Below are positions 62,845 to 64,000 of a stretch of 64,000 nt of DNA, in pieces. A program made the position numbers and the translations under genes. Position 1 is the first letter of the stretch, and every line of letters begins with the position of its first letter. The notes under the pieces were generated by a model. That model searched no databases, was not told the origin of the DNA, and was given only the letters and a program-made list of their open reading frames with translations. Source of the stretch: Octopus bimaculoides (taxonomy: Eukaryota); contig NC_068983.1 of NCBI RefSeq assembly GCF_001194135.2, forward strand, positions 159,046,146-159,110,145, in the 5' to 3' direction.

Positions 62845-63966
62845 AACTAGCTGAGGTACCCGGTAATAAATTACCGTTAATAAGATGTCTGTTTATAGCC
62901 ACGAAACATTTTTCGTCAAATTTTGCCATTTTCCAAAAATTTAAAATCTATAATAATGGATAGGACCAATTTGACGAAAAAATGAGTTGAGTCTGGTAGC
63001 GAACCCATGTCGCCGTCATTTTTGTACATGTACGAAATTTTACGCTTTTGGGGGCAGATTTCGTGAAATTGATGTTACGACGACTAGTGTGCAAAATGCC
63101 TAAATTTTGCTTGAGAAATAAAATGCTCTTACCCATTCAAAACCTGAAACGCTGGGGAATTAAAATAACGAATTGAAATAATAAGTTTTAGTAAATCAAA
63201 ATGCTTTACGTGTTTTTGCACAATAGACACTCACAACGCCCGGTCTGGGAATCGAAACCGCAATCTATGACCACGAGCCCGCTGCCCTAACGACTGGGCT
63301 ATTGCGTCTCCAAATGCTAAATAAATTACCGTTAATAAGATGATTGTTGATAACCATAAAACATTTTTCGTTAAATATCGGCATTTTTCAAAAACTTAAA
63401 ATCTATATTAATTGATTAAAAATTGAGCAGAGTCTGGTAGCGAACTCGTGTCGTCGTCATTTTTGTGCATGTGCGCAAAATGGCGAAATTTTGCGCTTTG
63501 GGATAGATCTCGTCAAATTGATGTCACGACGGAGAGTGCACAAAATGCCTTAATTTTGCTTGAGAAATAAAATGCTCTTACCTAATCAAATCCTGAAACG
63601 CTGTGGAATTAAAACAACGAATTGAAATAAGTTTAAGCAAGTCAAAACAATTCGCATTGAAATGAAGAATTACCGTTAAACTGTCTGTTTATACACATGA
63701 AACATTTTTCGTCAAATTTCGGCATTTTCCGTCAAATTGATGTCACGATGGCAAATGCAAAAATGCCAAAATTCTACGATTTTTGAAAAATCGATACTGA
63801 ATAAAAATGGATGTTTTTACAAATTCCAAGTGCGTAAGTGACCGCATGGGCATAACCCTGCCCCCCACCCCACGTTTCAAGTTTCATGAAGGTCTGTTGG
63901 ATAGTCTCGGAGGAGCTAAAGTAACAAATTCACAAACACACAAACTTGCCGTTTATTATTAGAGAT
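62845..63966 (+). mobile_element. Helentron-associated (HINE/DINE-1-like) non-autonomous element with internal tandem units and a SINE head inserted at about 63222-63310
   Basis: start aactagctgaggtacccgg, end cacaaacacacaaactt..tttattattagagat; unit aattaccgttaa.. starts at about 62868, 63322, 63667. Confidence 0.65.
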
Positions 63967-64000
63967 TATACATATATAAACATACACATACGCACGCACA

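Overview
AT-rich animal genomic DNA, most likely octopus (inferred from the SINE and RTE repeat families, not from a database search), with five N-gaps. About 55 kb is the 3' part of one + strand gene. I assembled 23 coding exons (909..55699; 2875 nt = 1 carried-over base + 957 codons + stop) with consistent splice phases. They encode a divergent, compact Strawberry-notch (SBNO/Sno) SF2-helicase-like protein; the N-terminal exons lie left of the window. The last exon adds a canonical PCNA-binding PIP box (QFNMHSFF), a second PIP-like motif and a C-terminal RAD18-type UBZ4 zinc finger. This PIP+UBZ4 pair is typical of factors that read ubiquitinated PCNA, and I do not know it from characterised SBNO proteins. 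The first intron in the window appears to be GC-AG. It holds a full-length U6 snRNA copy fused directly to the 5' end of a full-length tRNA-derived SINE. The introns also hold about 22 RTE-LINE 3'-end copies in both orientations, RTE and CR1 ORF remnants, SINEs, piggyBac and hAT elements, a templated inverted insertion, and an unclassified insert with a 48-bp flanking duplication. Downstream are a Helentron-like element and a degenerate Penelope-type hammerhead. Repeat boundaries are approximate unless a TSD or TIR is quoted.
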